Assembly (NCBI GenBank): GCA_002269645.1
Contig: NIVC01000085.1
Coordinates: 992,001 to 1,056,000 of the forward strand
Length of the DNA: 64,000 nucleotides
Source of the DNA: Macrostomum lignano
Lineage: Eukaryota
Reading direction: 5' to 3'
Shown: positions 63,307-64,000 of the stretch, one piece after another
How positions within the stretch are numbered: the first letter of the stretch is position 1
Layout of the letters: every line of letters starts with the position of its first letter
Made by a program: the position numbers and the translations under genes
Notes under the pieces: generated by a model
What the model was told of the DNA's origin: nothing
The model's input: the letters and a program-made list of their open reading frames with translations, nothing else
Databases searched by the model: none

Positions 63307-64000
63307 GGCTGGATGTCGGTGAGTCAGTCGGAATCCGGGTGCGATATCGGCAGGTGCAACGAGGTACTGCTGCTGCTGGTGCAGTGCTGGATAAGCTTCC
63401 ACTTGTGCCGGCCAACTGAATTGCGCCCAACCCGACTGAGCAATGACTGCTGATTGGCGATGGAGCTGAATTTTCGAAAGGATTTTATTAAACCGGTTTG
63501 CTAAGCGAGTACTTGACCGACCAGCTGGTTGTAGCGAGGCTTAGCCTGGAGCGATAGGCTTAAGGCCGCCTTGAAACAACAGTTTATTGTCGTCTGAGAC
63601 GCCACCGGGTGAGCTCTCAGAACTGATCTGTCCTGATTGGATGCTGAGGTTCTCGGCAAGCGAATGGAAAGGATGAGGAGCTGAGGAGAGGCCTCTGATT
63701 ATGATCATCCCACTCCAAGCCCACCGCCTCACCGCCCCATCAGCAGCAGGTTTTTCTCCGATTTGCGTGTCAGTCGTTAGTCAATACAAACCAATCTGAC
63801 AGTGTTTCAATGTTAAATTAATTCGCTAATCTGAACCTTGGATGGCCGTCACCACGAAGGTCTCTCGTATCTTTTTTGCCATTCTTTTATCCATAAAGAC
63901 GTCTTATTAAATCTTTAATATCTCAAAAATCTTTCACAATATCTCTGACAGTTTGTCACTCTTCAGGTTGACGAGAAAAGGAAACGGATATGTTAATTCA

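Overview
Eukaryotic (metazoan) genomic DNA. The style suggests the flatworm Macrostomum (short introns, very dense minisatellites); this is an inference, not shown. Most ORF-track ORFs are artefacts of tandem repeats, which by my hand estimate cover roughly a quarter of the window (about 30 arrays). Three intron-containing genes can be rebuilt by hand with phase-consistent GT-AG junctions, all on the minus strand. (1) 9914..4745: a 5-exon, ~824-aa protein joining a putative N-myristoylation start (MGQKLS), ankyrin repeats, a Mab-21/cGAS-like (cGLR) nucleotidyltransferase with intact acidic motifs, and a helical tail. (2) 22727/22568..17884: a GAS2-like CH+GAR cytoskeletal linker, possibly with a further 5' exon at 28987..28820. 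(3) 63306..36665: a 7-exon CELF3-6/Bruno-like three-RRM RNA-binding protein, with a candidate alternative first exon that would skip RRM1 and a 1-nt homopolymer frameshift in exon 6. Mobile DNA comprises a decayed I/Jockey-type LINE RT, a Penelope-like GIY-YIG remnant, two tRNA/CORE-like SINEs, and a near-perfect 317-bp-arm inverted repeat carrying two minimal hammerhead ribozyme motifs. The most interesting system is the ankyrin-cGLR gene, whose own intron holds that long dsRNA-forming, ribozyme-bearing hairpin.
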